Shown piece by piece: positions 8,204-17,059 of a DNA stretch of 19,348 nt. Source of the DNA: Promethearchaeota archaeon (lineage in GTDB: Archaea; Asgardarchaeota; Hermodarchaeia; Hermodarchaeales; Hermodarchaeaceae); contig JBHLPR010000040.1 in the NCBI GenBank assembly GCA_048939245.1, positions 1 to 19,348 on the forward strand, in the 5' to 3' direction. Each line of letters starts with the position of its first letter. Position 1 is the first letter of the stretch. A program made the translations under genes and the position numbers. The notes beneath the pieces are model-generated. The model made no database searches and was not told the origin of the DNA. It saw only the letters and a list, made by a program, of their open reading frames with translations.

Positions 8204-8611
8204 TTGGTGAAATTTGGGACTCCTCAATGGATTGAACAATTCGTGAAGACCCTCAACGAAAACAAAGCTTACGCCGAAGCTGCAGCAACATGGGAAGGTG
8301 ACTTCCTCTTCATCGTCTACCCGAATAAAGAAGCTGGATTTGATGAGGAAGTAGTCATGTGGATGGACCTCTGGCATGGCAAAAGCCGAGATTATGCCCT
8401 GCTTATCGATCGCAATGCAAAAGATACAGCCTTCATATATGAAGGGGAATTAGAGAATTGGAAGGCAATCATCGAGGGGCGTCTGGATCCTATTAAAGCG
8501 CTGCTCACGAGGAAAATGAAGCTGACCGGCGATCGTGCAAAGGTTATGCGTGCAACACGAGCGGCAAAAGAGCTCGTGCGAACTGCTCAGATGATAAAAA
8601 CCGAATTCTAG
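8204..8611 (+). CDS. stand-alone SCP2 (sterol carrier protein 2-like) lipid-binding domain protein
   Basis: C-terminal WKAIIEGRLDPIKALLTRKMKLTGD is the typical SCP2 pattern; N-terminal F.TPQW...LN...Y..AAATWEGD. Confidence 0.85.
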   Translation: MVKFGTPQWIEQFVKTLNENKAYAEAAATWEGDFLFIVYPNKEAGFDEEVVMWMDLWHGKSRDYALLIDRNAKDTAFIYEGELENWKAIIEGRLDPIKALLTRKMKLTGDRAKVMRATRAAKELVRTAQMIKTEF

Positions 8612-8686
8612 CCATTGGATGCTGCGATGTGTTAAAAGTCTCCTTCATCCTATCCACTTTTTTACTGGAACACGACATTGGATGAT

Positions 8687-8723
8687 AATTCTTGAAGGCA
8701 ACTGTAAAATCCTTTCAAGAATT
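8687..8723 (+). promoter_or_regulatory. inverted repeat / stem-loop immediately upstream of the ADH ribosome-binding site
   Basis: AATTCTTGAA(GG)...(CCT)TTCAAGAATT with perfect 10-bp arms; SD GAGGTGG at 8727-8733. Confidence 0.5.
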
Positions 8724-8740
8724 TATGAGGTGGTATTCAG

Positions 8741-9910
8741 ATGTGGTATTTCCGGTCTCCGCGCCTTATTGTATTTGGAGAAGATGCGCTTGATCATCTT
8801 AAGGAACTAGAAGGTAAACGCGCCTTCGTCGTCACAGATAAAACAATAGCGAAATTAGGCTTTCTAGAAATGGTATTACAAAAACTGAAAGATAGTGGTA
8901 AAGAAGTAGCCTTCTTTGATGACATTCCCCCCGAACCTCCTGATGAGGTAGTACAAGCTTGTGCGAAGCAAGTTCGCGCATTTAATCCTGATTTGATTAT
9001 TGGCTTGGGTGGTGGTTCGGTGATGGATACAGCAAAGGTTTCTCGAATTTTGAATGAACATCCCGATCATCCAATTATCGACATTACCCCGCTTACTCCA
9101 ATTACTATTTCAAAAACAATGCTAGTGGCAATTCCAACGACATCTGGCACTGGCTCTGATGCGACTTGGGCTGCAGTCGTCACAGACAGTAAAGACCGGA
9201 ATAAGATGGAACTCACCCACCCAGAGTTAATGCCATATGTCTCGATTCTAGACCCAATCCTGACCAAGTCAATGCCACCTAAGGTGATCGCTTCTTCGGG
9301 TATGGATGCCCTGGCTCAAGCGATTGACGGTTATACTGTACAATGGCGCAATGACTTCAGTAACGCATTATGCATTCATGCGACAAGACTTGTTCTGGAC
9401 TATCTCCCCAAGGTGTATGAAAATCCCGATGATACCGCTGCACGTGAAAAATTGCACAACGCCGCCACTATCAGCGGAATGGCTTGGAGTAATTCCTTCC
9501 TTGGCATAACCCATTCCTTTGGGCATGCTATGGGTGCGGTCTTTAAAATTGCCCATGGAATCACGGTCGGAATGGTCCTTCCCTACTCCATTGAGTTTGC
9601 TTTGAAAACCAGTGCTGATTTGTACGGTGAACTGTCTCGGGCTATCGGTACCGCAAGTCCAAACGATGATGATAAAACAGCTACCCTGAAGCTCCGTGAT
9701 GTGATTTGGAAGCTGATGGATGAATTGGAAGTTCCACGAAGTCTGAAAGCCTACGGCATCTCCAAAGAGAAGTTCGAGGAAAATTATGACGATTTAGTTC
9801 GATTTACGCAAGAATCCGCGGTGAACATCTTCAATTGTCGCGAGCCAACAAACGAGGATATTGAACTTTTCTGGCATTATCTGTTTGAAGGCAAGTCAAT
9901 TGATTTCTAA
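8741..9910 (+). CDS. iron-containing (group III) alcohol dehydrogenase
   Basis: GLGGGSVMDTAK, AIPTTSGTGSD, GMDALAQ, GITHSFGH, IAHG. Confidence 0.95.
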   Translation: MWYFRSPRLIVFGEDALDHLKELEGKRAFVVTDKTIAKLGFLEMVLQKLKDSGKEVAFFDDIPPEPPDEVVQACAKQVRAFNPDLIIGLGGGSVMDTAKVSRILNEHPDHPIIDITPLTPITISKTMLVAIPTTSGTGSDATWAAVVTDSKDRNKMELTHPELMPYVSILDPILTKSMPPKVIASSGMDALAQAIDGYTVQWRNDFSNALCIHATRLVLDYLPKVYENPDDTAAREKLHNAATISGMAWSNSFLGITHSFGHAMGAVFKIAHGITVGMVLPYSIEFALKTSADLYGELSRAIGTASPNDDDKTATLKLRDVIWKLMDELEVPRSLKAYGISKEKFEENYDDLVRFTQESAVNIFNCREPTNEDIELFWHYLFEGKSIDF

Positions 9911-9955
9911 TAAAATTACCCCCTCCTACCTAATTCGATCAAGGAGCTGAATGAA

Positions 9956-11788
9956 ATGCCAACAAAGAAAGGAAATGGATTCACCGGGAAAATGCTCCAT
10001 ATTGACCTATCAGAAGGTTCATTGAAAAATCGTCCCACTCCATTAGATTGGGCACAAGAATTCATTGGGGGCGCAGGGCTGGCAGCAAAAATTCTCTACC
10101 CATTACTCTCTGCCACAACTGAGCCTCTTGGACCGAATAATCCGTTGCTATTGATGGCTGGACCCTTTGTAGGCACAGCGGTTCCAAGTTCGGGTCGATT
10201 GGCACTCTGTGCTCGTTCACCCCTCACCAGGCTGTGGGGTGAGTCTGATATCGGGGGCTATTTCGGCGCTGAAATGCGACAAGCAGGATACGACGGTATC
10301 TTGATTCAAGGACGCGCGGAAACACCTGTATACCTTTCTTTGCTCTATGGTCAGATTGAACTCAAGGATGCCAATCACCTGTGGTCCAAGACAATTTCTG
10401 AAACGCAACAGCAGTTACGGACGGAAATTAATGAAAAACGGTTTTTCACTCTCAGCATTGGACCAGCAGGGGAAAACTTGGTTAAATATGCGAATATCAT
10501 GTCAGAAGGTGGACGTGCTGCAGGACGTATGGGTCTTGGTGCTGTAATGGGAAGTAAGAATCTCAAAGCCATAGCTGTGGTTGGTGACCAAATCGTTCCC
10601 GTAGCAAATCATGGTGCGCTTGTGGAACATGTTCGGATAGCGAATAAGCTGATGATAGAAGACTTCATGCCCGACTGCTACCGAATGATGGGAACTGCCA
10701 CTGCTGTGGGTCCTGCCCAAGAAATTGGCGCCATGCCCAACAAGTACTTCACCCAAGGTGAATTTCCCACTCATGATAATATCAGTGGCGCTACCATGTC
10801 TGAAACACGTTTGGTAGGTCGTGATGGTTGTCACCGCTGCCCAATCCAATGTGGTCGTGTTGTTGAGATACCGGAGGGTCGATATAAGATACCTCGTGTG
10901 AGTGGACCCGAATATGAAACATTGGGGGCGCTAGGCTCAATGATGCTCATAGATGACCTAGATGCAATCATTACTGCTAGTCATCTCTGTGATGATCTCG
11001 GATTGGATACCATCAGTACTGGTAATAGTATTGGTTTCGCCTACTATCTCATGGATCAAGGCATACTCACCCCTAAAGAAGTAGGGGCCAATCTTGATTG
11101 GGGGAACCCTGAACCAGTTCTCTGGCTCATACCGCGAATAGCTTATCGAGAGGGTTTTGGTGATATTCTCGCTGAGGGGACACGATCCATGGGTGAGCGA
11201 TATGGTGTAGAAGACTTGGCAGTTCACGTTAAAGGTTTAGAAGTGTCCTGCTGGGATCCCCGCGCCCTCTTCGGAATGGCTACCAGCTATGCAACTAGCC
11301 CACGGGGTGGTTCGCATCTTGATGGGGATATGTACATGGTTCTACAAGGACAGGTTCAAATGGAGTTGGGAATTGACGCGGATGATCCTCAATCCGATGA
11401 AGGAATGGGCGAAATCGCTGCAAAATCTCAAAGCTGGCGGCAAGTCTCCAATTCATTGATAATCTGCCAGCTTCCAACTTATACTATTGATGATATTGTC
11501 CAATTTTACAGGAATGTTGTGGGTCGAGAAATAACACCCCAAGAATTACTTCATATTGGGGACCGAATTATTACATTAAAACGACTAATCAATCTCAATC
11601 TTGGGTTCACACCAGAGCAAGACCGACTACCAAAACTTCTCATGCAACCTCTCCAAGAGGGTGGTACTCAAGCTAAGGTTCCTGATGTGGAGAAACAACT
11701 CACAGACTATTATGCCTATCGAGACTGGGATCGCAAGACTGGTCGACCGTCAGCCGCTGCCCTTAAAAAAGTGGGACTCGCTGATTAA
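9956..11788 (+). CDS. aor: tungsten-type aldehyde:ferredoxin oxidoreductase family protein
   Basis: GRAAGRMGLGAVMGSKNLKAI, CHRCPIQC, GPEYET, CDDLGLDTIS, HVKGLE..WDPR, TSPRGG, distal Cys in SLIICQ. Confidence 0.95.
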   Translation: MPTKKGNGFTGKMLHIDLSEGSLKNRPTPLDWAQEFIGGAGLAAKILYPLLSATTEPLGPNNPLLLMAGPFVGTAVPSSGRLALCARSPLTRLWGESDIGGYFGAEMRQAGYDGILIQGRAETPVYLSLLYGQIELKDANHLWSKTISETQQQLRTEINEKRFFTLSIGPAGENLVKYANIMSEGGRAAGRMGLGAVMGSKNLKAIAVVGDQIVPVANHGALVEHVRIANKLMIEDFMPDCYRMMGTATAVGPAQEIGAMPNKYFTQGEFPTHDNISGATMSETRLVGRDGCHRCPIQCGRVVEIPEGRYKIPRVSGPEYETLGALGSMMLIDDLDAIITASHLCDDLGLDTISTGNSIGFAYYLMDQGILTPKEVGANLDWGNPEPVLWLIPRIAYREGFGDILAEGTRSMGERYGVEDLAVHVKGLEVSCWDPRALFGMATSYATSPRGGSHLDGDMYMVLQGQVQMELGIDADDPQSDEGMGEIAAKSQSWRQVSNSLIICQLPTYTIDDIVQFYRNVVGREITPQELLHIGDRIITLKRLINLNLGFTPEQDRLPKLLMQPLQEGGTQAKVPDVEKQLTDYYAYRDWDRKTGRPSAAALKKVGLAD

Positions 11789-11829
11789 TGAGAAAAGAAG
11801 ATTCCGTCGAATCCAAGTAGGATAAAACC

Positions 11830-12747
11830 ATGGAAACTTTACGGAAACAGGAACCAGAGTTATTCAACCTGTTAGACCAGGTTGCAACCGATCAACACAA
11901 TCAACTTCTCTCGTCAATGATTAATCAACTCCAACCTTATTCCAAAGGAACCCCTCAGCTTCTGCTCATGCCCAACGCGTTTGAACGAATTAAGAGCCAT
12001 TCAGAGGCTGCTGTCGACTTGGAAATGCGTGGGAAAACCCCTGAACTTATTGATTTTGGTGGATACACTCTGGTCGTACCACTCACATCGAAGAATCCCT
12101 TTGATACCCTCTATCTAACTCGCCCATTCTCCAACAAACTCAAACTCACCGTGTTTACAGACCAACCGCCCATCTTTCCCTTTGCATTGTGGTTGACACT
12201 CAATCCCGCACACCCAGGAATTACTCCGGACGGGTTCAATCCGAAGGGGGCATTCAATGCTTATCGAGGGCCAGCACCCACACTTCCAGTTAATGTTACC
12301 AAACCCAACGATCTTATCACAGCTTCGGTCCTGCTCCGGGAATCCTTAGAAACCCGATCCATAAACAAGCAGGATAAAACGGCACTTGAACAGCTCATTC
12401 CTTTTCCAGTGGAACGAGAAGTTGGAAAACGTTTCTTTCCACCTCTTCAGGTTGTCCAGAGTGGCATCGATGATATCCTTCGTCCCGAAATGTACCTTCT
12501 CCGTCTTCCTACTGTGCCACTGATTGTAACTCATGCAGAGGGGATAAAGCAGACTGTGATTCAAATTGAAACCGTCCCTACATGGCCTTCTGATTGGCGA
12601 CCTGAAAACGCATTCGCTAATACAACTCAGCGATATGTTACGATTGGGGAAGGGCTAGACTATGATATTTTTACTCTTATGACGTTGATGCGGGATTTAG
12701 CTGAAGCCACCACGGCTTCTGAGGATATTTATTGGCCAATTGGCTAG
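11830..12747 (+). CDS. hypothetical protein
   Basis: 305-aa ORF filling the gap 41 nt after aor on the same strand; Pro-rich; no recognised motif. Confidence 0.75.
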   Translation: METLRKQEPELFNLLDQVATDQHNQLLSSMINQLQPYSKGTPQLLLMPNAFERIKSHSEAAVDLEMRGKTPELIDFGGYTLVVPLTSKNPFDTLYLTRPFSNKLKLTVFTDQPPIFPFALWLTLNPAHPGITPDGFNPKGAFNAYRGPAPTLPVNVTKPNDLITASVLLRESLETRSINKQDKTALEQLIPFPVEREVGKRFFPPLQVVQSGIDDILRPEMYLLRLPTVPLIVTHAEGIKQTVIQIETVPTWPSDWRPENAFANTTQRYVTIGEGLDYDIFTLMTLMRDLAEATTASEDIYWPIG

Positions 12748-12820
12748 CTTGCTAGTAGCTGTTGCACCAAAAGGTTTATGCAATTTGAGATCCTGCGACG
12801 AATACCTTCGGTGAATTGTT

Positions 12821-13204
12821 GTGGTTTTTTGCCCCACTGCTGGTGGTCCTTGTCAGGGACGAGACAAATGTCGAATATGGATTCGTGGTCGTATCCTCTA
12901 CACCGACTCAAAACTCTTGGCTGTTCAGCTCGCGGAGTCTGTTATTGAGCATAACACCTCTGGAGATTTGCACACTATTCCAATGGAATCTCGTACAGCA
13001 TTTTGGCAAAATCAAGGGATTTCAAATATTCAACGGGAAATTCTCATCGATCGCTATCTCCGTGAGAAAGTCGAGGAGGTCGAAACCTTAGCGGTTCAAT
13101 GGCTTCAAAGCGCAGGTTTCCAGGAACGTGTTCTCAATAAGGTAAAGGGCAAAACTAAGGTATCATCTGCGCCCCATAGACTACGCTGCAAGTCCCCTCC
13201 GTAG
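12821..13204 (+). CDS. small hypothetical protein with N-terminal Cys motif (CPxxxxxCxxxxxCxxW)
   Basis: GGTGA SD at 12810-12814 before GTG; upstream AAAAGGTTTATG promoter-like element at about 12769-12780; 3' end overlaps hypD antisense. Confidence 0.65.
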   Translation: MVFCPTAGGPCQGRDKCRIWIRGRILYTDSKLLAVQLAESVIEHNTSGDLHTIPMESRTAFWQNQGISNIQREILIDRYLREKVEEVETLAVQWLQSAGFQERVLNKVKGKTKVSSAPHRLRCKSPP

Positions 13205-14276
13205 ATACCATGCATGGGCCAATTGGGTTTTCTGGGGTGCATTTTTTACCGAAAAGCGGACATTGCTCAGGGCGCATTATCCCTCGAAGGACTTCCCCGC
13301 ATTTACATCCTGGTGGCATCTCGAATTTCTGTGGTTCCAATTCAATCTCAAAGCGAGTTCGTACATCAAACATTTCATATTCTCTTCGTAACGTTAGCCC
13401 TGATTTGGGAATAATGCCAATTCCACGCCACCGCGAATCCGCCGGCGTAAATACTTGCTCGATCATCTCACGCGCCCGAACATTCCCTTCATAAGTTACT
13501 GCTCGCGTATACTCATTTTCCACTTCTCCCCTACCGTCTACCACTTGTTGCAGCAGCATGACAATTCCTAAGAGTACATCTAGGGGTTCAAATCCTGCAA
13601 CGACTTGTGGTACCTTCCATTGTGTGGAAATGTGCTCGTATCCCTCAACGCCAATAATTACTGATACATGACCTGGCAAGAGAAATCCATGCAATCCCAC
13701 TTCGCCTTGTTCAAGCAGGAATTCTTCCGCTGGAGGAATCAACCGATGACTCACTAACACACTCAAGTTCTCCGGAGGATCACCCAATATTTCGGCAGCG
13801 GTCGGTGGGGTAGTCGTTTCAAAACCAATGGCAAAATGTACCACTTCCTTTTCGGGATGCTCCTTTGCTGCAATAACCGCGTCCATCATACTATATACGA
13901 CTTGCACATTTGCTCCCTGACTTCGTGCAACATTCAATGAACCGAGATCGCCTGCAGGTACACGCATCATATCGCCAAAGGTTGTTAGTAACGCATTGGA
14001 TTGCTTAGCAACAGCAATAGCTAACGCAACATCTTCAGGAGGGCAAACACAGACTGGGCATCCTGGACCTGCGATTAGCTCTACATTCTTAGGGAGAAGA
14101 TCACGGAGTCCTGCGTGGGTGATAGTGTATTCATGTGTTCCACAAAGATGCATAAATTTGAAGGTTTGGTCCCTCGCTAATTCTTTGATCTTTTGTGAGG
14201 CTTTCCTAGCAAGTTGAGGGTCGCGAAATCCTTTTTGTACTTCCAAGGGGTCCATATTAGCGAAGCTTCCTGTCAT
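13155..14276 (-). CDS. hypD: [NiFe]-hydrogenase maturation protein HypD
   Basis: MHLCGTHE, GPGCPVC, GFETT, PGHVS, GFEPLD, CKCGEVLRG...CPLFG..CTP..PIGPCMVS.EG.C; start at 14276 or 14255. Confidence 0.97.
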   Translation of the reverse strand: MTGSFANMDPLEVQKGFRDPQLARKASQKIKELARDQTFKFMHLCGTHEYTITHAGLRDLLPKNVELIAGPGCPVCVCPPEDVALAIAVAKQSNALLTTFGDMMRVPAGDLGSLNVARSQGANVQVVYSMMDAVIAAKEHPEKEVVHFAIGFETTTPPTAAEILGDPPENLSVLVSHRLIPPAEEFLLEQGEVGLHGFLLPGHVSVIIGVEGYEHISTQWKVPQVVAGFEPLDVLLGIVMLLQQVVDGRGEVENEYTRAVTYEGNVRAREMIEQVFTPADSRWRGIGIIPKSGLTLRREYEMFDVRTRFEIELEPQKFEMPPGCKCGEVLRGIMRPEQCPLFGKKCTPENPIGPCMVSTEGTCSVVYGAQMIP

Positions 14277-14427
14277 TGGTGGGGTCTCCATATTCTGTTT
14301 TCGACCTGCATTACACCATCGCATAAGATGCCTAATACTTCTTTCGCAGTTGCATCTTCTCTAAGTGTTTGAATTTCCCGAACAGCTAAAAGCTCTTATC
14401 TATCCAGTGCCGACGAGTGTATTAACA

Positions 14428-14877
14428 ATGAGCGACGAGAAACCCCAAACCATAGAATTTGATGCGAATATTTCTTGGGACGGAGGGAAAGATGGAACTG
14501 TTACTGTTGAAGATAAACAGGCCATTCTTATTTCGTCACCAACCCATTGGGGTGGAAATCCTGCTGTTTATTCTCCTCATGACTTATTCGTGTCTGCCAT
14601 AGCAGGCTGCTATATTACGACATTTGCCACAATGATGCAACGAATGAAGCAACCACTAAAAGCCCATAACGTTTCGGGACGTGGAATTCTCACCAAGCAC
14701 CCAGAAGGTGGTTGGGACTTTACTGACATATACGTCACAATGGAAATCACCATTCCCAAGGATGCAAATCTTTCACAAGTAAAACGCGCTGTTGAATTAA
14801 CCGAGAAATATTGTCATATCTCTCGATCTGTGAAATGTAAAATGCACGTGGAACCTAAAATCACTCAACTGGATTAG
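14428..14877 (+). CDS. OsmC/Ohr-family protein (two-Cys peroxidase-like)
   Basis: WGG....SPHDLFVSAIAGCY and EKYCHISRS; ATG 14428 lies about 25 nt after a TATA-like CTTATCTA. Confidence 0.88.
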   Translation: MSDEKPQTIEFDANISWDGGKDGTVTVEDKQAILISSPTHWGGNPAVYSPHDLFVSAIAGCYITTFATMMQRMKQPLKAHNVSGRGILTKHPEGGWDFTDIYVTMEITIPKDANLSQVKRAVELTEKYCHISRSVKCKMHVEPKITQLD

Positions 14878-14981
14878 TGTTTGACCACGGAACATTCTAA
14901 ACAGGTTCGAATAGCAGGTTTAAGTAGGCAAACACACCCTTTTTTGGTCTGAATATGCTTCCCAATTTATGGGTGAAATAA

Positions 14982-16016
14982 ATGAGTGACGAAAAGCTTG
15001 GATTCGAACACCTTGAATCTAATGTGATTGACGCCAACAAATGTTGTAGTTGTGGTGGATGTGAAGCTGCCTGCCCCATCGGCGCTATTGAACTCCAAAA
15101 TCTTCGACCCACCCTAATAAAGGAATGCAATAAATGTGGGTTTTGCTGGAAATCATGTCCTCGAATGATTGAGGATTATTCTTCGTTATACCCTCTTGTG
15201 TTTGGTGAAAAAGCCCACCGTGATCCAGCACTCGGTGTCTATCGCCAAGCCTATGCACTTCGAAACAAAGACGAATCAATACGGAAACGTGCTCAAGATG
15301 GTGGAGTGGTTACTGCAATCCTTTTGCATTTACTGGAGGCTAATATTATCGAAGGTGCAGTGATTTCAGGTGTTAATCCAGGCGAGCCGTGGAAGCCCCA
15401 GCCAATGGTTGCCACCTCCCGAAAGGAAATCATTTCCGCCACCAAGTCTCGATATACCCGCTCACCGAATCTTATTGCCTTGAAGGAAGCCCTCAAAGAA
15501 CGAAAGCTAACGAAGATAGCGGTAGTAGGCACACCTTGTCATATCCAAGCAATCCAACGGATGCGACTTGCTCCGTTGAAGAAGATTGATCGAAGCGTTG
15601 TCATGACAATTGGCCTCTTTTGTAGTGAAACCTTCCAATTCAAAGAACTCATGGAAGAGAAAATTGCTGGCGAACTCGGAGTGCCCTTGGAAAATCTGAG
15701 GAAGCTCGATATCAAAGGTAAATTACTCGTCTATCCTCGTGGCGCAAAAGAATCCCTGAAAATACCCCTGAGTGAAGCAAAGCAGTGGGTAGATCCAGGT
15801 TGTCATGGCTGCAAAGATTTCGCTTCAGAATTTGCAGACATTTCAGTGGGAGGAGCAGGAACGCCAGGTAAGTGGTCTTCTGTTCTGGCTCGAAGTGAAC
15901 GTGGTCAAGGGGTCATTGATGAAATGATTGCAGCAGGACTTTTCTTCTATGAGGAATTGACTGAAGAAAGACTAAACCAGCTGCGTAAGATTGCTGCACC
16001 CAAGATTAAGTCATAG
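14982..16016 (+). CDS. coenzyme F420 hydrogenase/dehydrogenase beta-subunit family (FrhB/FpoF-like) with N-terminal 2x[4Fe-4S] domain
   Basis: CCSCGGCEAACP and CNKCGFCWKSCP; AQDGGVVT, VGTPCH, IGLFCSE, GCHGCKDF..EFADISVG. Confidence 0.92.
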   Translation: MSDEKLGFEHLESNVIDANKCCSCGGCEAACPIGAIELQNLRPTLIKECNKCGFCWKSCPRMIEDYSSLYPLVFGEKAHRDPALGVYRQAYALRNKDESIRKRAQDGGVVTAILLHLLEANIIEGAVISGVNPGEPWKPQPMVATSRKEIISATKSRYTRSPNLIALKEALKERKLTKIAVVGTPCHIQAIQRMRLAPLKKIDRSVVMTIGLFCSETFQFKELMEEKIAGELGVPLENLRKLDIKGKLLVYPRGAKESLKIPLSEAKQWVDPGCHGCKDFASEFADISVGGAGTPGKWSSVLARSERGQGVIDEMIAAGLFFYEELTEERLNQLRKIAAPKIKS

Positions 16017-16129
16017 GCTGAAGAACACGTTCTGTTGCTGTAGGGCTTCAAAGGTAAACACTTTTGTCAGTAGACCACACCAGAAGCTGTTAATCCTCTT
16101 TGCAAATACGAATTGATGGTGGTTAAACA

Positions 16130-16978
16130 TTGAGTTCTACAAACTTTCTCTTAGGCGTTCTAAAATTAGGGAATATTGGAGCCTCACCTTTGCTTGAACT
16201 CCTGTTAGATGAACGAGCAGAACGCGAAAACTTCGATGTCGTATTAATTGGTTCTGGAGCGAAAATGGACGAAGCATCAGCTGAGCGGAGTGCAAAATTG
16301 CTCATTGAACAAAAACCACACCTTGTGCTAATCCCAAGTCCTAATGCAGCCCTCAAGGGTCCAGCTAAAGCCCGAGAGCTTATCAAAGATGCAGAAATCC
16401 CAGTTATCCTATTATCCGATCTTTTACCAAAAGACCAACGTGAAACCCTTGCCGAAGCTGGATTTGGTTATATCCTCATCCCTGCTGACTCTATGATTGG
16501 TGCTCGGCGCGAGTTCTTGGACCCCACCGAAATGGCTCTTTTTAATGCCGATGTTATTCGTGTATTAGCCGCAACAGGTGCACTTCGCTGTGTCCAGCTA
16601 GCCTTAGAAGAAGTTATCACAAGCATCATGGCAGGCAAGACGCCCCAACTGCCAACGCTCGTGATCAACGCAAGCCGGGCCGTTAGCGCGGGGAAGTTTA
16701 CTAATCCCTATGCAAAAGTAAAAGCCATGGCTGCCTATGAAATGGCAGTTGCTGTGGCGCCTATTAATGTGAAGGGCTGTTTCAAACAAAAAGAACACCA
16801 GAAATACATTCCCACTGTTGCGAGTGCCCATGAGATGATGCGCACTGCGGCTCTTCTCGCTGATGAAGCCCGAGAAATTGAAAAATACGGGGATAGTCTT
16901 CATCGTTCTCCTCACTTCAACGACGGAAGCGTTGGCACTCTAAGCAGATTAGGAAGCAAACCCGAGAAACCTAAATAG
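16130..16978 (+). CDS. mtd: F420-dependent methylene-tetrahydromethanopterin dehydrogenase
   Basis: KLGNIG...LLDERAER, GSGAKM, SPNAALKGP, DSMIGARREFLDPTEMALFN, NPYAKVKA, AHEMMR.AA.LADEAREIEK. Confidence 0.96.
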   Translation: MSSTNFLLGVLKLGNIGASPLLELLLDERAERENFDVVLIGSGAKMDEASAERSAKLLIEQKPHLVLIPSPNAALKGPAKARELIKDAEIPVILLSDLLPKDQRETLAEAGFGYILIPADSMIGARREFLDPTEMALFNADVIRVLAATGALRCVQLALEEVITSIMAGKTPQLPTLVINASRAVSAGKFTNPYAKVKAMAAYEMAVAVAPINVKGCFKQKEHQKYIPTVASAHEMMRTAALLADEAREIEKYGDSLHRSPHFNDGSVGTLSRLGSKPEKPK

Positions 16979-17059
16979 CAGCATTTTGCCAATTTCAAAC
17001 AAGCGGCATTTCCACTATCCACTAGCTCAAAGATATCTACGCTGAAGAAGGTCTGCAGA

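Noticed and set aside
8682-8729. SECIS-like appearance (ATGA...stem...AA loop...TGAG) of the hairpin before ADH
   Set aside because: Core spacing is non-canonical, and neither flanking gene has an in-frame TGA at a Cys-equivalent position
12816-13091. 91-aa alternative-frame ORF
   Set aside because: Overlaps the 12821 ORF, which has better SD spacing and a Cys motif
14428-14996. OsmC and FrhB-like proteins both begin MSDEK
   Set aside because: Codons differ and the similarity does not extend further; a common N-terminal composition
16116-16133. Mini-ORF MVVKH* just before mtd, resembling the MVVK start of some methanogen Mtd proteins
   Set aside because: Explained by the GGTGGT SD sequence; the mtd frame from TTG 16130 already supplies a full N-terminal strand
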